Position numbers and translations under genes: made by a program
NCBI GenBank assembly: GCA_964188305.1
Contig: OZ076889.1
DNA from: Podarcis bocagei
Lineage: Eukaryota
Direction: 5' to 3' (one strand)
DNA length: 64,000 bases
The notes under the pieces: generated by a model
Seen by the model: the letters and a program-made list of their open reading frames with translations, nothing else
Database searches by the model: none
Told to the model about the DNA's origin: nothing
In this document: in pieces, positions 20,350-31,200 of the stretch
How the letters are laid out: the number at the start of each line of letters is the position of its first letter
Position numbering within the stretch: the first letter of the stretch is position 1

Positions 20350-23300
20350 GTGGGAGGTTGTTCTGTGCTACCGATCCCTGGACATAGAAAGTTTAGGGTT
20401 GCATCCAATGCTAGTCCTACTCGGGGTAGATCCACTGAAATGAATGACCACTGCTAACTTGGGACCATCAGCACAGTGGAAGGTACCAGGTGGGGGAAGG
20501 ATGATCCGGGACTGGGAGAATAAAAATGGTGCCTTCTGGATAGTCTTGGACTGCAACTCCTACCACTGCTGACCATTGGTGATGTGTTGGCTAGGACTGA
20601 TGGGAACTGGAGGTCCCAGCCCTATATGGAAGGCACCATTTTGGCTGCCACTACTAGTTTAAACACTTCTCAGCTTTGCTGGCTAACTAACTGGTGAAGC
20701 AGGAATGTCTTAATCAGGCAGGGGAAGGCAGCCAAGAGGGGGCAAAACAAACCTCCCTGGGGAGGGAGTCCCACAATCAATAAGCCCTTTTGTGGTGCCC
20801 CAGCCACCAATGGGATGTCAAGAGAAGCTGCCTCTGTTGATTTGAAGGTTTGCACAGCTTCTGTATGGGAAGTCTTTTAGATCATTTGTTGCCATTACAG
20901 TGGTACCTCAGGTTAAGAACTTAATTGGTTCTGGAGGTCTGTTCTTAACCTGAAACTGTTCATAACCTGAGGTACCACTTTAGCTAATAGGGCCTCCTGC
21001 CGCCGCCGCCGCCACACGATTTCTGTTCTCATCCTGAAGCAAAGTTCTTAACCAGAAATACTATTTCTGGGTTAGCGGAGTCTGTAACGTGAAGCGTCTG
21101 TAACCCAAGGAACTACTGTACTTGGCTTATCATCTATGTTGTCTGGGCAGTTAACAAAGAAAGGCTAAAAACCCATAAAACCCAGTCAACTAGAGCTCTA
21201 AAAATTAACACCGGCCACTGTACCAGCTAAATAACCTAAGCCTAAGCTATTTAGGGTCTGAATTTAGGGCACTTTGAATTGTGTCTGGAAATGAACTAGA
21301 AGCCAGTGCAGCTGTTATAATAAGAGTGCACCCTGCTCCTAGGACACCTGAAGTTTCCTGATACTCTTCAAGGGCAGTCGCACATAGATTGCATCATAGG
21401 GAAGCTCTAGGCATGGAAAGATTGTAAGTCGTTCGTTAACTATGTCTTTATTTATTAACTTGTAGGTGAGAGTACCCCTATAGCTGTTGCTGTGTGTAAT
21501 TTCCCTTCTGGACATGCAGAGCCAATACTGTGGATGGGAGAGCAGCTGAATTTGCTATCTGAGTGAGTACTTGCACTGAGATGATGAATGACAGAATTCC
21601 CTCTACCCATCTTGAAACATACACAAAGGTGTGGACGAAGGGTGTCCTTGTGGAACTGGCCTGAACTCTGAGACTTTTTGAAGTGTGACAAAGGCTAAGC
21701 TCTCTGTTGTTTGTGCTTAAGGCCCAGTTCCTTTGGCTTCTACTTGAGTATCCACAAAATATATAAAAGATAATTGAGAGCCAATGTGGTATAACAGTAT
21801 TGGACTATGACCTGGGAGACCAGTGGTTGAATTTCCTGCTCATTGGGTGACCTTGGCCCAGTCAAAGTCCCTCAGCCTAGCCAATCTCACAGAGGTGTTG
21901 TAAGGAGAAGATGGAAAGGGGAGAACCATGTAGACCACCTTTAGCTCATTGGATAAAAAGGTGGTATACAAATGTAAGAAACAAGTCAGCCAGTCAAACT
22001 TAATTTTTAGAAACCATTTGTCACCACAGAAATACAAATAGTATATAAATACATTTTCACATAGATGGTCTCCAGCACATGAGACCTCCTGTTGTATGAT
22101 GAAATTTTGTGTGATCCATCTGGGCTGCTAAGGAAACTGAGAAACGTTGGGTACTATCCAACTAAGGAATCCCTTATCTCAAGGATTTCTGCTTGTGTGA
22201 TGGGACTTCCCCTCCACTCCTCCCCCCAGCCACACCCTCACCATATCTGCTCCAGAGGGTTGGGGGAACCCCTAGAACAGTTAGGGGGCACGGGGTGAGG
22301 AGAGAGGGAGAATGTTCCATTGTATAAGCAGAAATCCTTACACCGACTGAACATTCTTGTAGTGCGATGTTGTATTTATCCCCACCTATCAACAAATAAC
22401 AGATTTTCTCCCTGTTAGTTAAAAAGGAAAGCTGCTGGAAACAGTATAAGTATTTTTGTCACGGTAATGGCCTGCCCCCTTCCCTAGTTCTCAATTATGA
22501 ATAGGGAAGATCTTCAAGGAAGAGCTCATTGGAAAGTCTTGATTCTCAATTTTACAGTATGCTTTTCTTTTAACAGAGATGGTGAATGGTGGAAAGTGGA
22601 GTCAGTAACCACGGGCAAAGGCTGCTATGTTCCCAGCAACCATGTTGCCAAAATCTCTCACGGGTAGGAGTTTCTGCTTTCCTGTTTATGCTGCAGCAAT
22701 ATAAATGGTCTGGTTGGGAGTAATTTGGGCAGCAGTAGGGCAGTTCAGGATGTGTGCCCCCCCCAAGAGCTGCCTAAGAGTGTATGTCCCTGGAGGATCC
22801 AGTCTTAGCCTGCATGGGACAAGGGTTCTGGGCAGTAACAGTGGCGTGCGCTTCTCTTCCAGGTGGCTCTATGAGGGCATCAGCCGATCAAAGGCTGAGG
22901 AGCTGTTGCTGCTGCCTTCCAACAGTGAAGGTTATTTTCTGGTCAGAGAGAGCCAAATGAAGAAAGGTATTGAGTCTCTTCAGAAATCTTCTGACTCACT
23001 GGATTCTAGGGAACAAAGTGGGCTGAAGAGTGTGGCTCAGAAAGTTCAGAGGTGATGATTTTATACTACTTTGTGGCCTGATGGTGTTCTCTCTCACATG
23101 CAGGTTGCTACTCTTTGTCTATCAGACACGCAACTCGTGCTTCCTGGGATTGCGTGAAACACTATCGCATTAACTGCATGGAAAACGGCTGGCTTTACAT
23201 CTCCCCTCGCCTCACCTTCTCAAGCTTGCAGGAGCTGGTGGAGTACTATTCTGGTAATTTTGTTTTTCCCTGCTTCCGGGTTGATAAAAGGGAGAGATTA

Positions 23301-25804
23301 AATTCTGTTTTGTTCCTGCTTGAGGCGGCCTCCAGTAGTTACAAAGCAGTCCTGGTGTCAGCAGCTGGCATACTGGGCCCTCTGGTGGCTGTATTCTCAC
23401 AGCAGCCAGCCACTTCCTCCTGCACCTGCTCATGCCCTGCTACTGCAGCAGCAGCCCTTTACACAGCCACCAGCTAAGCCTGAGTGCGAGTGTATGGGGG
23501 GGGGGGGAGGCTGGCAGTCTCCCACCTTGCTGCTGTAGTGCAAGGGTCGGCAAGGTTTACCTTGTCTGGGCCGGTTCACTCCAGCGGAGATCCCTCCGTG
23601 GGCTGGATCGCGTGCGTGCCCGCAATTTTTGGCATCTGCGCAGACTCGATTTTTGGCGCTAAGAAAGCGAGTCCCTACACTGTGCTGGTTTGGTGCGGCA
23701 CGTGGGGACTCGCCGAGCGGGTGGCTCAGGGGCCAGTTAAATGACCCCCATGGGCCACTTGTGTCCCAGGGGCCTTAGGTTGCCGACCCCTGCTGTAGTT
23801 TGTAGGAGCCTGTAGTAGGTTGGATACACTGGCTCCCTCGAGAAGGGAAGCTGCAGCAGGCAAGCCCAAATGCCAGAGGGCACTGGGAGGCTCCATGGAG
23901 AGCAGCCTGCCCAAGTCCTCCCCAAAACTGAAGTCAGGCCTTGACAAATCCTCTTGTGTAAAAAGATGAGAGTTGTGCTAAAGCCCAGTGGGTAAGTAGG
24001 TGTGCCAGTCCATCTGTTATACCTGTGTAGGTGGTCATCTTGCACTAGCAAGTGAGGGATAGATGGATGTAGAGAATGAGAGGGCCAGTATGGACTCTCG
24101 ATGTAAGAAGCATCTCTCATATCAGCAGGTTTGACCCAAGTATAACATCTTTAGTTTCTGCCATAGAAGAGAATAGCTGCCATGCACTCCTGTCAGAAAA
24201 AACAAATGTGTGCTTAAGAGGCATCATCAGGGCTCTATAAGCGGCAGCTATCAATGCAGGAAAAGCCTGTAGTATACACTGCCAGAAGACTACCTTAAAA
24301 GAAGTACCGTAACAGACTCCAGTCTATGATAACAGACTGACTGTGCACTTTGTACTGGGAATTACATTTCATGCACAAGAAACTCTGATTTTCCGGATGT
24401 TAACAGCCTACAAACTCTCATCATCCTTGACCATTAGCTATGCTGCCTGGAGATGATGGGAGTTGGAAGTTCAACCACTGGAGCAATACAAATTCCTCAT
24501 CCATGACTTTAATGGGTTGGATGGTTGCTCCTCACACACGCGATTGTACGCACTGCCTGCTATTCCTCTGCTAAACTTCCTGACTGGGCAGCAGATGGAA
24601 AAGAGGCTCACGTTGCTTCTGTAGAATAAGGAGTGGGGAAGCTGAGCTTCCCTGGGCACGAGAAATCACAATTTGATACCCAGCTTATTTTTTTCCTTTT
24701 TGCACTGCTCAACTTCATTCAGCACACGGGTTTCAATCCTATGCTTGGTGAAACTAGTTCTGGGTGGTGTGCAAGTGTGCTGCCACTCACACAAATTGCA
24801 GTCTGCTTATTTGCCTTGGGGAACATAACAGGATGCCTTTTCCTTGCTCATGCTAAAGTGGTGGTGGTGGGCTCTCCAATCGCTTCTATCTGACTCACAA
24901 GCTTGCTCTGAATCCTTCCAAGTACTTTGGCATGGCTAGGATGTATCCTTGAATTGTGACCATGCCTTGAATGCCTGTGTGTGTGTAGAAACCTCCCCCT
25001 TCTTTACACGCAAGTCAGTCTACTGCACAAAACTAGAAGACCCAGATTAGGAGATTCTTTCCTCCTTTTGTTAACAGAAGTTGGAGATGGCTTATGCTGC
25101 TGCTTGAAGGAACCGTGCTTCATCCAAGGCTCTACATTGTGGCAGAAGTCTAATCTCTCCCAACCAATGGTAGTAAAGAAGCCAGCTCTCAACTGGGAGG
25201 AGATCAGCAGGTACTTTATTATTATCATCCTCTTTTCTTCTAGCACAGAACTCAGCACAGAGTTCCTAAGCAGTCTCTTTCTCTGGGCTTGTATGAATTC
25301 ATGTTGCTGCACTATCAGCCTTCAAAACCATGTTCTGGTTGGGCATCCTTCCTCTAAGGAGAAGGCAGCAATCTTTGCAGACGGTCGCTGCTGTGATGAT
25401 TCACTGGTTGCAGCAAGCATAAGACCATTTAATCTGTAGTGGGTAAATACTTCTGCTGCAAGAGAAGCATTTGGTTGTACTTGCTAATAGCAACAAGAGA
25501 TAAAAGCAAGTTTCTGACAGTGGTATGACTGGGATAAGCAGTGGGGAAGTCTGCCTGCTTTTGTGTGGGAACAATCTACCAGAATGCTATAATGAGAACG
25601 TCTTTGCAAGAGAAGGATGTTTACCCTTCTGCTTCACAGCATATTTTAATCTTTAAATGTTTTCTCCTGTCTAGCTCAGACTTGTTGGCAGAAAATCCGT
25701 TAGCAGAAGACTCGCCAATTAGCTTGGGCCTGAGGGAAGCTGTCACTTCCTACCTGTTAATGACTGAAGAGCTGCCGTCAGAGGACACAATCAGTGAAAA
25801 GTGA
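20241..25804 (+). CDS. SLA2: Src-like adaptor 2 (SLAP-2), complete spliced CDS, 269 aa: join(20241-20349,21466-21562,22577-22663,22863-22966,23104-23253,25078-25210,25675-25804)
   Basis: Starts MGSLPSRRK (myristoylated Gly2, as in SLA2). SH3 (AVCNFP...DGEWWKV...YVPSNHVAK), SH2 (WLYEGISRSKAEELL...FLVRES...HYRI) and C-terminal LGLREAVTSYL are present. Total 810 nt, in frame. Confidence 0.95.
20898..21118. mobile_element. Tigger/pogo-like MITE
   Basis: TA-flanked; TIR CAGTGGTACCTCAGGTTA / TAACCCAAGGAACTACTG, plus an internal TIR copy. Confidence 0.7.
21466..21562 (+). CDS. SLA2: SLA2 exon, SH3 N-terminal half
   Basis: ttgtag|GTGAG...CTGA|gtgagt; ESTPIAVAVCNFPSGHAEPILWMGEQLNLLSE. Confidence 0.9.
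21778..21978 (+). mobile_element. tRNA-derived CORE/MIR-like SINE
   Basis: Degenerate A and B boxes, GGGTGACCTTGG..CAGTC..CTCAGCCT..CTCACAG core and an AAAAGGTGGTATACAAAT tail. Confidence 0.6.
22577..22663 (+). CDS. SLA2: SLA2 exon, SH3 C-terminal half
   Basis: taacag|AGAT...CACGG|gtagga; DGEWWKVESVTTGKGCYVPSNHVAKISHG. Confidence 0.92.
22863..22966 (+). CDS. SLA2: SLA2 exon, SH2 N-terminal half
   Basis: ttccag|GTGG...AAAG|gtattg; WLYEGISRSKAEELLLLPSNSEGYFLVRESQMKK. Confidence 0.93.
23104..23253 (+). CDS. SLA2: SLA2 exon, SH2 C-terminal half
   Basis: atgcag|GTTGC...TCTG|gtaatt; CYSLSIRH...HYRINCMENGWLYISPRLTFSSLQELVEYYS. Confidence 0.93.
23541..23792. mobile_element. hAT-type MITE, CpG-rich (probably young)
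   Basis: TIR CAAGGGTCGGCAA / TTGCCGACCCCTG; TSD CTGTAGTG / CTGTAGTT. Confidence 0.78.
25078..25210 (+). CDS. SLA2: SLA2 exon (VGDGLCCCLKEPCF...LNWEEIS)
   Basis: taacag|AAGTT...GCAG|gtactt, 133 nt. Confidence 0.92.
25675..25804 (+). CDS. SLA2: SLA2 last coding exon (SDLLAENP...LGLREAVTSYLL...SEK*)
   Basis: gtctag|CTCA; TGA at 25802-25804. Confidence 0.9.
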
Positions 25805-25957
25805 GAAAGATGCATATACAATTAAGGCTACTGTTGGGAAGCATTTCTGGAATGTGGAAGACAGGACTTCAGTACTGACCTCTTTCTACAGTTTTTAATG
25901 CTCGCTCACATTAATTTATCTACTTAATAATTATATTCTGCTGGTCTTCCATCATGT

Positions 25958-26012
25958 GGATCCCATTGCAACTACTGACCAAACCCAGACCTGCTCAGCT
26001 TCAGCAAGATGG
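25958..26012 (-). mobile_element. 5S rRNA-derived fragment (SINE3 head or 5S pseudogene) in the SLA2 3'UTR
   Basis: Minus strand ATCTTGCTGAAGCTGAGCAGGTCTGGGTTTGGTCAGTAGTTGCAATGGGA resembles the 5S internal control region GATCTCGGAAGCTAAGCAGGGTCGGGCCTGGTTAGTACTTGGATGGGA. Confidence 0.6.
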
Positions 26013-26094
26013 CAGCCTCATGTAGTTACACATGGCCTTGGTGGGCTTCATTTACGAGGACTATATATATGTATTTATAATAATATTTTTAAAT

Positions 26095-26100
26095 AATAAA
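26095..26100 (+). terminator. Candidate SLA2 polyadenylation signal
   Basis: AATAAA about 290 nt after the stop codon, preceded by AT-rich sequence with ATTTA motifs. Confidence 0.5.
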
Positions 26101-26390
26101 ACTTGGCTGTGTATTTATGACTACTCCTATAAAGCTCTGCATTTCAGAAAAGTTCACTTTAAGAGTTCACTTCGCTCAACATCTGTAAAGGATTTTACAT
26201 GGCAAAACAACAAGAACCGCAAGCCACTCAGATCACCACAACTGTTAAATCACTCACCTTCATTGTTCACAATGGGAAAAGACATAAAGCTGGTGTTGGC
26301 TACGTAACTAAATATTGCTGTGAACACTCCTGTAATACAAGCACTATGCTACTTTGAGACAGCCAGGTGTCATTTAATGGTCACATAAGC

Positions 26391-26396
26391 TTTATT
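26391..26396 (-). terminator. Candidate PHF20 polyadenylation signal
   Basis: TTTATT on + (AATAAA on -), with ATTAAA at 26373-26378, ending an approximately 1.7 kb AT-rich 3'UTR. Confidence 0.55.
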
Positions 26397-28098
26397 CCAA
26401 ATTATTACAGCAAAATAAGTTTATCTGCTGTACAGATGTTACACTCATATCAATAAGTGCCAATAAATTGGAGACAAATTATTCCCTGAAATTAGTCTTG
26501 GCACAAAAGCCTTCGTTTCAACTCAGAATAGTGTAATAATTCTTTCTGAAAAAATTAGCTGGTCAAAATGTTAACTGAAGTAACTGTTACTCCTATGACA
26601 AACATTGGCTAACTGAAATTTACATAATCAATTCTGCAGCATATAAACATTACAGATTTATATCCATAATTATCAATTTGTCACTTAACAGGTCTTCAAC
26701 TCACAAATGTGCTTTAATTTTAAAACTTTGGTGGTGTCAAAAACAACTGATATCAAGGTAATAAAAAATCCAACATTCAGAACACCATCAATGAAAAATA
26801 GTCCATTCTTGTCCAGCTTGAAGTAACTTTTGTCCCAGGTGTTGTCCAACACAAAAATCAATTATGGAAATATGATCTGCAGGCAAACCTTTTTTAAAAA
26901 CATAACGAATACTTACAATACACCAATGTTTCCAAAAGGTACTGTATAATGTAGCTTCAACATAAGCAGCATTTTCACTTTGATCTCACAAATAATACAA
27001 ATAAGGAAACTAAATAAAAGTACAAAAAGGGATTCTGAAACATACTGTTTTAACATAATGCCCCCATGCTTTGGGGACAGTACCTCATGCATAGATCTTG
27101 AGGTTCCATTTACACAAATATAAAATAAACTGATTCCCAAAACCACACATTTACAAGTCTCTACAATGAGAAAGTTTATAATATTGAAAAAGACTACTTT
27201 TCAAACTATAACCGGAATGGCAATTATTAACAGTAGGGTAGAAAACTACACCGTGTCCATCACAGACAAATCTGAATCTGTAGTACACCTTATATCTCAC
27301 CGACCGTCCTTTCCCCTGCCATGAGGGTGTCTCATCAGCACTAGGTCATGAGAGGCACAGCATGGCCAGATTTAGAAATTCAAGAATGTACAGAAGTACA
27401 ACAAAAAAAAGGGTTTCCCAGTACCTTAAGTCATGCTACAATGACATGATAAATACGGAAAACAATCATTTACTAAGAAAAGAAGTGCAACCAAGTTGTG
27501 ACCTTCTACTACATCTATTCAAAATAGTAGACAAGTTTCAGGTCATAATCTGCAAACCTCTTGTAACAGTTTACAATTAAATTAGACATTCATACTTGCT
27601 AGGCTTGAAAATAACGTCTTCTCTATTGATTAAATACTGTGGTTATGCATAAACCATTAGAAACAAAGTATGACTGCCTGGTGCACTAGTTATTTAAATA
27701 AACTATGCAGAATGTAATTTACAGCCTTGGTCAACTAATAATTTTTGGCTCTTAGAACTTTGTTCTCCAGTGGCACAATTTTGTCAGTGTATGTATGCAA
27801 AGAACGTGAATGTTGAATTCAACAACTTGATACAAGGAGTGAAAAGTCTTATTACCAGCCTGCTCCTAGCCTCTGAAGACAAGACTAAATCCCTTTCCAT
27901 AATGTTAAAAATGCCTAGCAAAAGCCAAATGAACAAAAGATAAGGGCAACCCCATCACTTGTCTGAAGAGTGACCCTTGTCCCTAAACAATTCCCTGAAG
28001 TCAGTTCTGCATCACATGCAACAAGCATGCTATTCCATTTAACAGAGAGTGATCAATTCATGTGATGCGCTCCAGCCATCACGTAGCAGTCTCCAGTA

Positions 28099-28241
28099 TC
28101 ATGTGGAACAGCAAAGTGCTATTTGTTGCACTTTGCCCAAGTCTGTGAGGAGTTGTTTTATACAATGTTTGAGTTGGGGGAGTCTAGCTAGTGGTTCTGG
28201 TGGCTCCAGCTCTCCAGTATAATCCAACCAGCTCTCCAAAA
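28099..28241 (-). CDS. PHF20: PHF20 exon 18, last coding exon ([24 protein letters not shown]...CCST*)
   Basis: ttccag| acceptor; TGA at 28099-28101. Confidence 0.94.
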
Positions 28242-31200
28242 CTGGAAGAAAAAAAGAATAATGTTTAAAAATGTGCACACATCAGTCACTGGTAACTAAT
28301 TTGTATTAGAGGATTGGAAAATAGCCAACAAAATGTCAATTTTTTAAAAAGGCTCTGGGAAATCACAGGCCAGTTAGCTTAAGGAGTGTGGTGGAGTCTC
28401 CTTCTCTGGAGGTCTTTAAGCAGAGGCTTGACAACCATATGTCAGGAGTGCTCTGATGGTGTTTCCTGCTTGGCAGGGGGTTGGACTCGATGGCCCTTGT
28501 GGTCTCTTCCAACTCTATGATTCTATGATTCTATGATTAACGTTTGTACCAGGGTATCTGCTAGAAAAACGAAGTAAATAAAAATAACAAATCAGAATGG
28601 GTTCTACAAAGGGAAGAAAGTTCTGCCTCATCACATTTTGAAATTCTGCCAATAAGCACATGGATGTGGTGATCCAGTAGGATCATATGCTTGGACTTGC
28701 CAAAAGCTTTTTGTCAGGGTGGTTCCTCAAAGGTTTGTAAGTAAAGTCATAGAGTAAGAAGGCAGGCAGTGCTATGGATTAGCAAATGGCTAAAAAGAAA
28801 ACAGAGAACAGGAATAAGCTCCCACCACTTATCCACTATGGAGTGATGGTGTTATCGGAACCAGTGCTATTTAACCTCTTCATCCATAGACCTGGATTAG
28901 GGTTGAACACTGAAGTGGGCAAATTTGCAGAAACCAAATTATCTGGATTTATTATAGTGAAAATTCAGGTAGACTGTGACGGCTCCAAAAGACTCTCCTC
29001 ATTCTAGACGAATGAGCAAGAAAATAGCAAATGGGGTTCAAAACTATAAAGTGATGCACAATTAAGGCAAAAAAAATCGTAACTTCCCAAGTACACTCTT
29101 GGGATTTCAGGTGGCAATGGCTACACAGGAAAGGCATATATTGGGCTGTGGTGGATAGCTCAATGACAAGATGAATTCTGAACATGGCAGCTATGCCAAA
29201 GATTTATTAGGAAAGAGGATGAAAGAAATTTGAATGTGTTTACACGTCACATAGAATTATAGAGTTGGAAGGAAGCGCAAGGGCCATCTGGTCCAACCCC
29301 TGCGATGCAGGAATCTCTTTGCCCAACATGGGGCTCAAACCCAGGACCCTGAGATGAAGAGTCTCATGCTCCACCAGCTGCTGGAAAGATAACTTTGTAA
29401 GCTGGCAAAGGCTGTAGAAAACTAGGGAAGAACAAATCATTACCATCCAGCTCCTTTTCAATTAAATCCATCCTATGAGTAACTTCATCTTGCAGAGACT
29501 CAACATGGGCCAGAAGGTTGAGTTGCCACTGCAGCTGGGAATTCACAACTCCTTCCTTGTCTTTCTCCAGCAGTTTTACTTCAATAGCTTCCTCCGATGT
29601 GACTTTTTCTCTTACCTATCAAAATACACAAATTAATGATGCTTATAGGCATTAAATCAGTCAATGTAATTTAAAGGAAAATCTGGCTCTACAAATGGGG
29701 CTACTTCTGGAACAAAAGACAAAGTATAAATAGATACAATGGAACCTTGGTTCTCGAACGGCTTAGTTGACAAACAAATTGGCTTCCGAATGCTGAAAAC
29801 CCAGAAGTGTTCCGGTTTTCGAACGTTTTTCAGAAGCCAAATGTCTGATGCGGCTGTCAGCTACTGTTTCTAGGGTGCCTGCACCAATTGGAAGATGCTC
29901 CTTGGTTTCTGAACGTTTCGGGAGTCAAACGGACTTCTGGAACGGATTAACTTCGAGAACCAAGGTTCAATTGTATATCAGTAAGTTCCTTTGTCAGATG
30001 CTGCAGAACTCTGGGTTTTATGACTACAAGCTGTTTTTCAGAGTACAGTTTGGAAAATAATATGGAGTATTAACACAAACATTAAAACAACACATATTAA
30101 AGCTTGTGTACTCTTATGAAGATGTCTTAATATATGGTTCATATACAGTCATCACAGAAGTAAGGCCTAAGAGAATCACAGAGTAAAAATACTGTTGTAT
30201 TATACAGTGGTGCCCCGCAAGACGAATGCCTCGCAAGACAGAAAACCCGCTAGACGAAAGAGTTTTCTGTTTTTGAGCTGCTTCGCAAGACGATTTCCCC
30301 TATGGGCTTGCTTCGCAAGATGAAAACGTCTTGCAAGTGTTCCGATTTTTTTCCGCTCCCCCCCTTTTTTCTAAGCCGCTAAGCCGCTAATAGCCTTTTA
30401 GCTGCTAATCCGCTAATCCTTTACTAGCCGCTAAGCCTTTAATAGCCGCTAAACCGCTAAGCGGGTTGCTTCGCAAGACGAAAAAACCGCTAGACGAAGA
30501 GACTCGCGGAACGGATTAATTTCGTCTCGCGAGGCACCACTGTATAGAAAATACTTCCACTCTGAAAGCTAGTTAACTTTTCTTTTTTTAAAAAAAGGGG
30601 GGACACCCAATTAGAACAGAATGTAACCTTTCTAAATAATAGATAGGCACGTTAGTTCTATACAGCTCTCCTGACAAATAGTCTATACTCTGAAATTTCA
30701 TCACAATTTTCCGATGTGAGGGGTTTTCGGTTGCACAGGTTGTATCAAATGGAGTCCCTTGTGCTGACAGAAGGTTTTTTGATTCAGCAGAGGATTTTTC
30801 CGGTGGAATAGGGAGGGAGATGATATTACCGATTCCCCCTCCTGGTGTATGTGTCCAAAATCTATTTTAAGGAGTTAAGAGAACCTCCGGAACAGTCTAA
30901 GATGTGGGGAAAATCACTTCCCTTCCAGTTTCCTCTACAACTGATCAAAGAGCCTTCTGTCAGTGCAAGGAGCAGCATTAGATACAGCCTGCAATTCTCA
31001 CCTTTGCATTTTATTTTCTATTGTTGGCCAGAAATGTATTATATGTATATTTCTATTTCCATTAGCAACTACTCAGAATTTCCAAGTTGCATGGACAGGT
31101 ATGCTGCCTCATCCTCCGTATACAAGCTCGGCTCTTCCCTGTGCAGGGATTATCATAGCCATTTGTGTTGGAGATAAGATTTTCCTTCTCCCAGCTGCGG

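Noticed and set aside
12211-28098. Thyroglobulin or CCN-family exons expected from the paralogous 8q24 block
   Set aside because: No Cys-rich thyroglobulin or CCN-like ORFs were recognised on either strand; a tBLASTn would be needed to exclude decayed relics.
29315-29382. tRNA-Lys(CTT) gene
   Set aside because: The 5' acceptor stem is missing, the anticodon and T-loop are mutated, and it is fused to a CR1-type tail, so it is a SINE.
30205-30542. Regularly recurring GCAAGACG motifs that look like a CRISPR or tandem array
   Set aside because: Spacing is irregular, the motifs sit inside TIRs with a TA TSD, and the whole unit recurs four times in a vertebrate gene, so it is a MITE.
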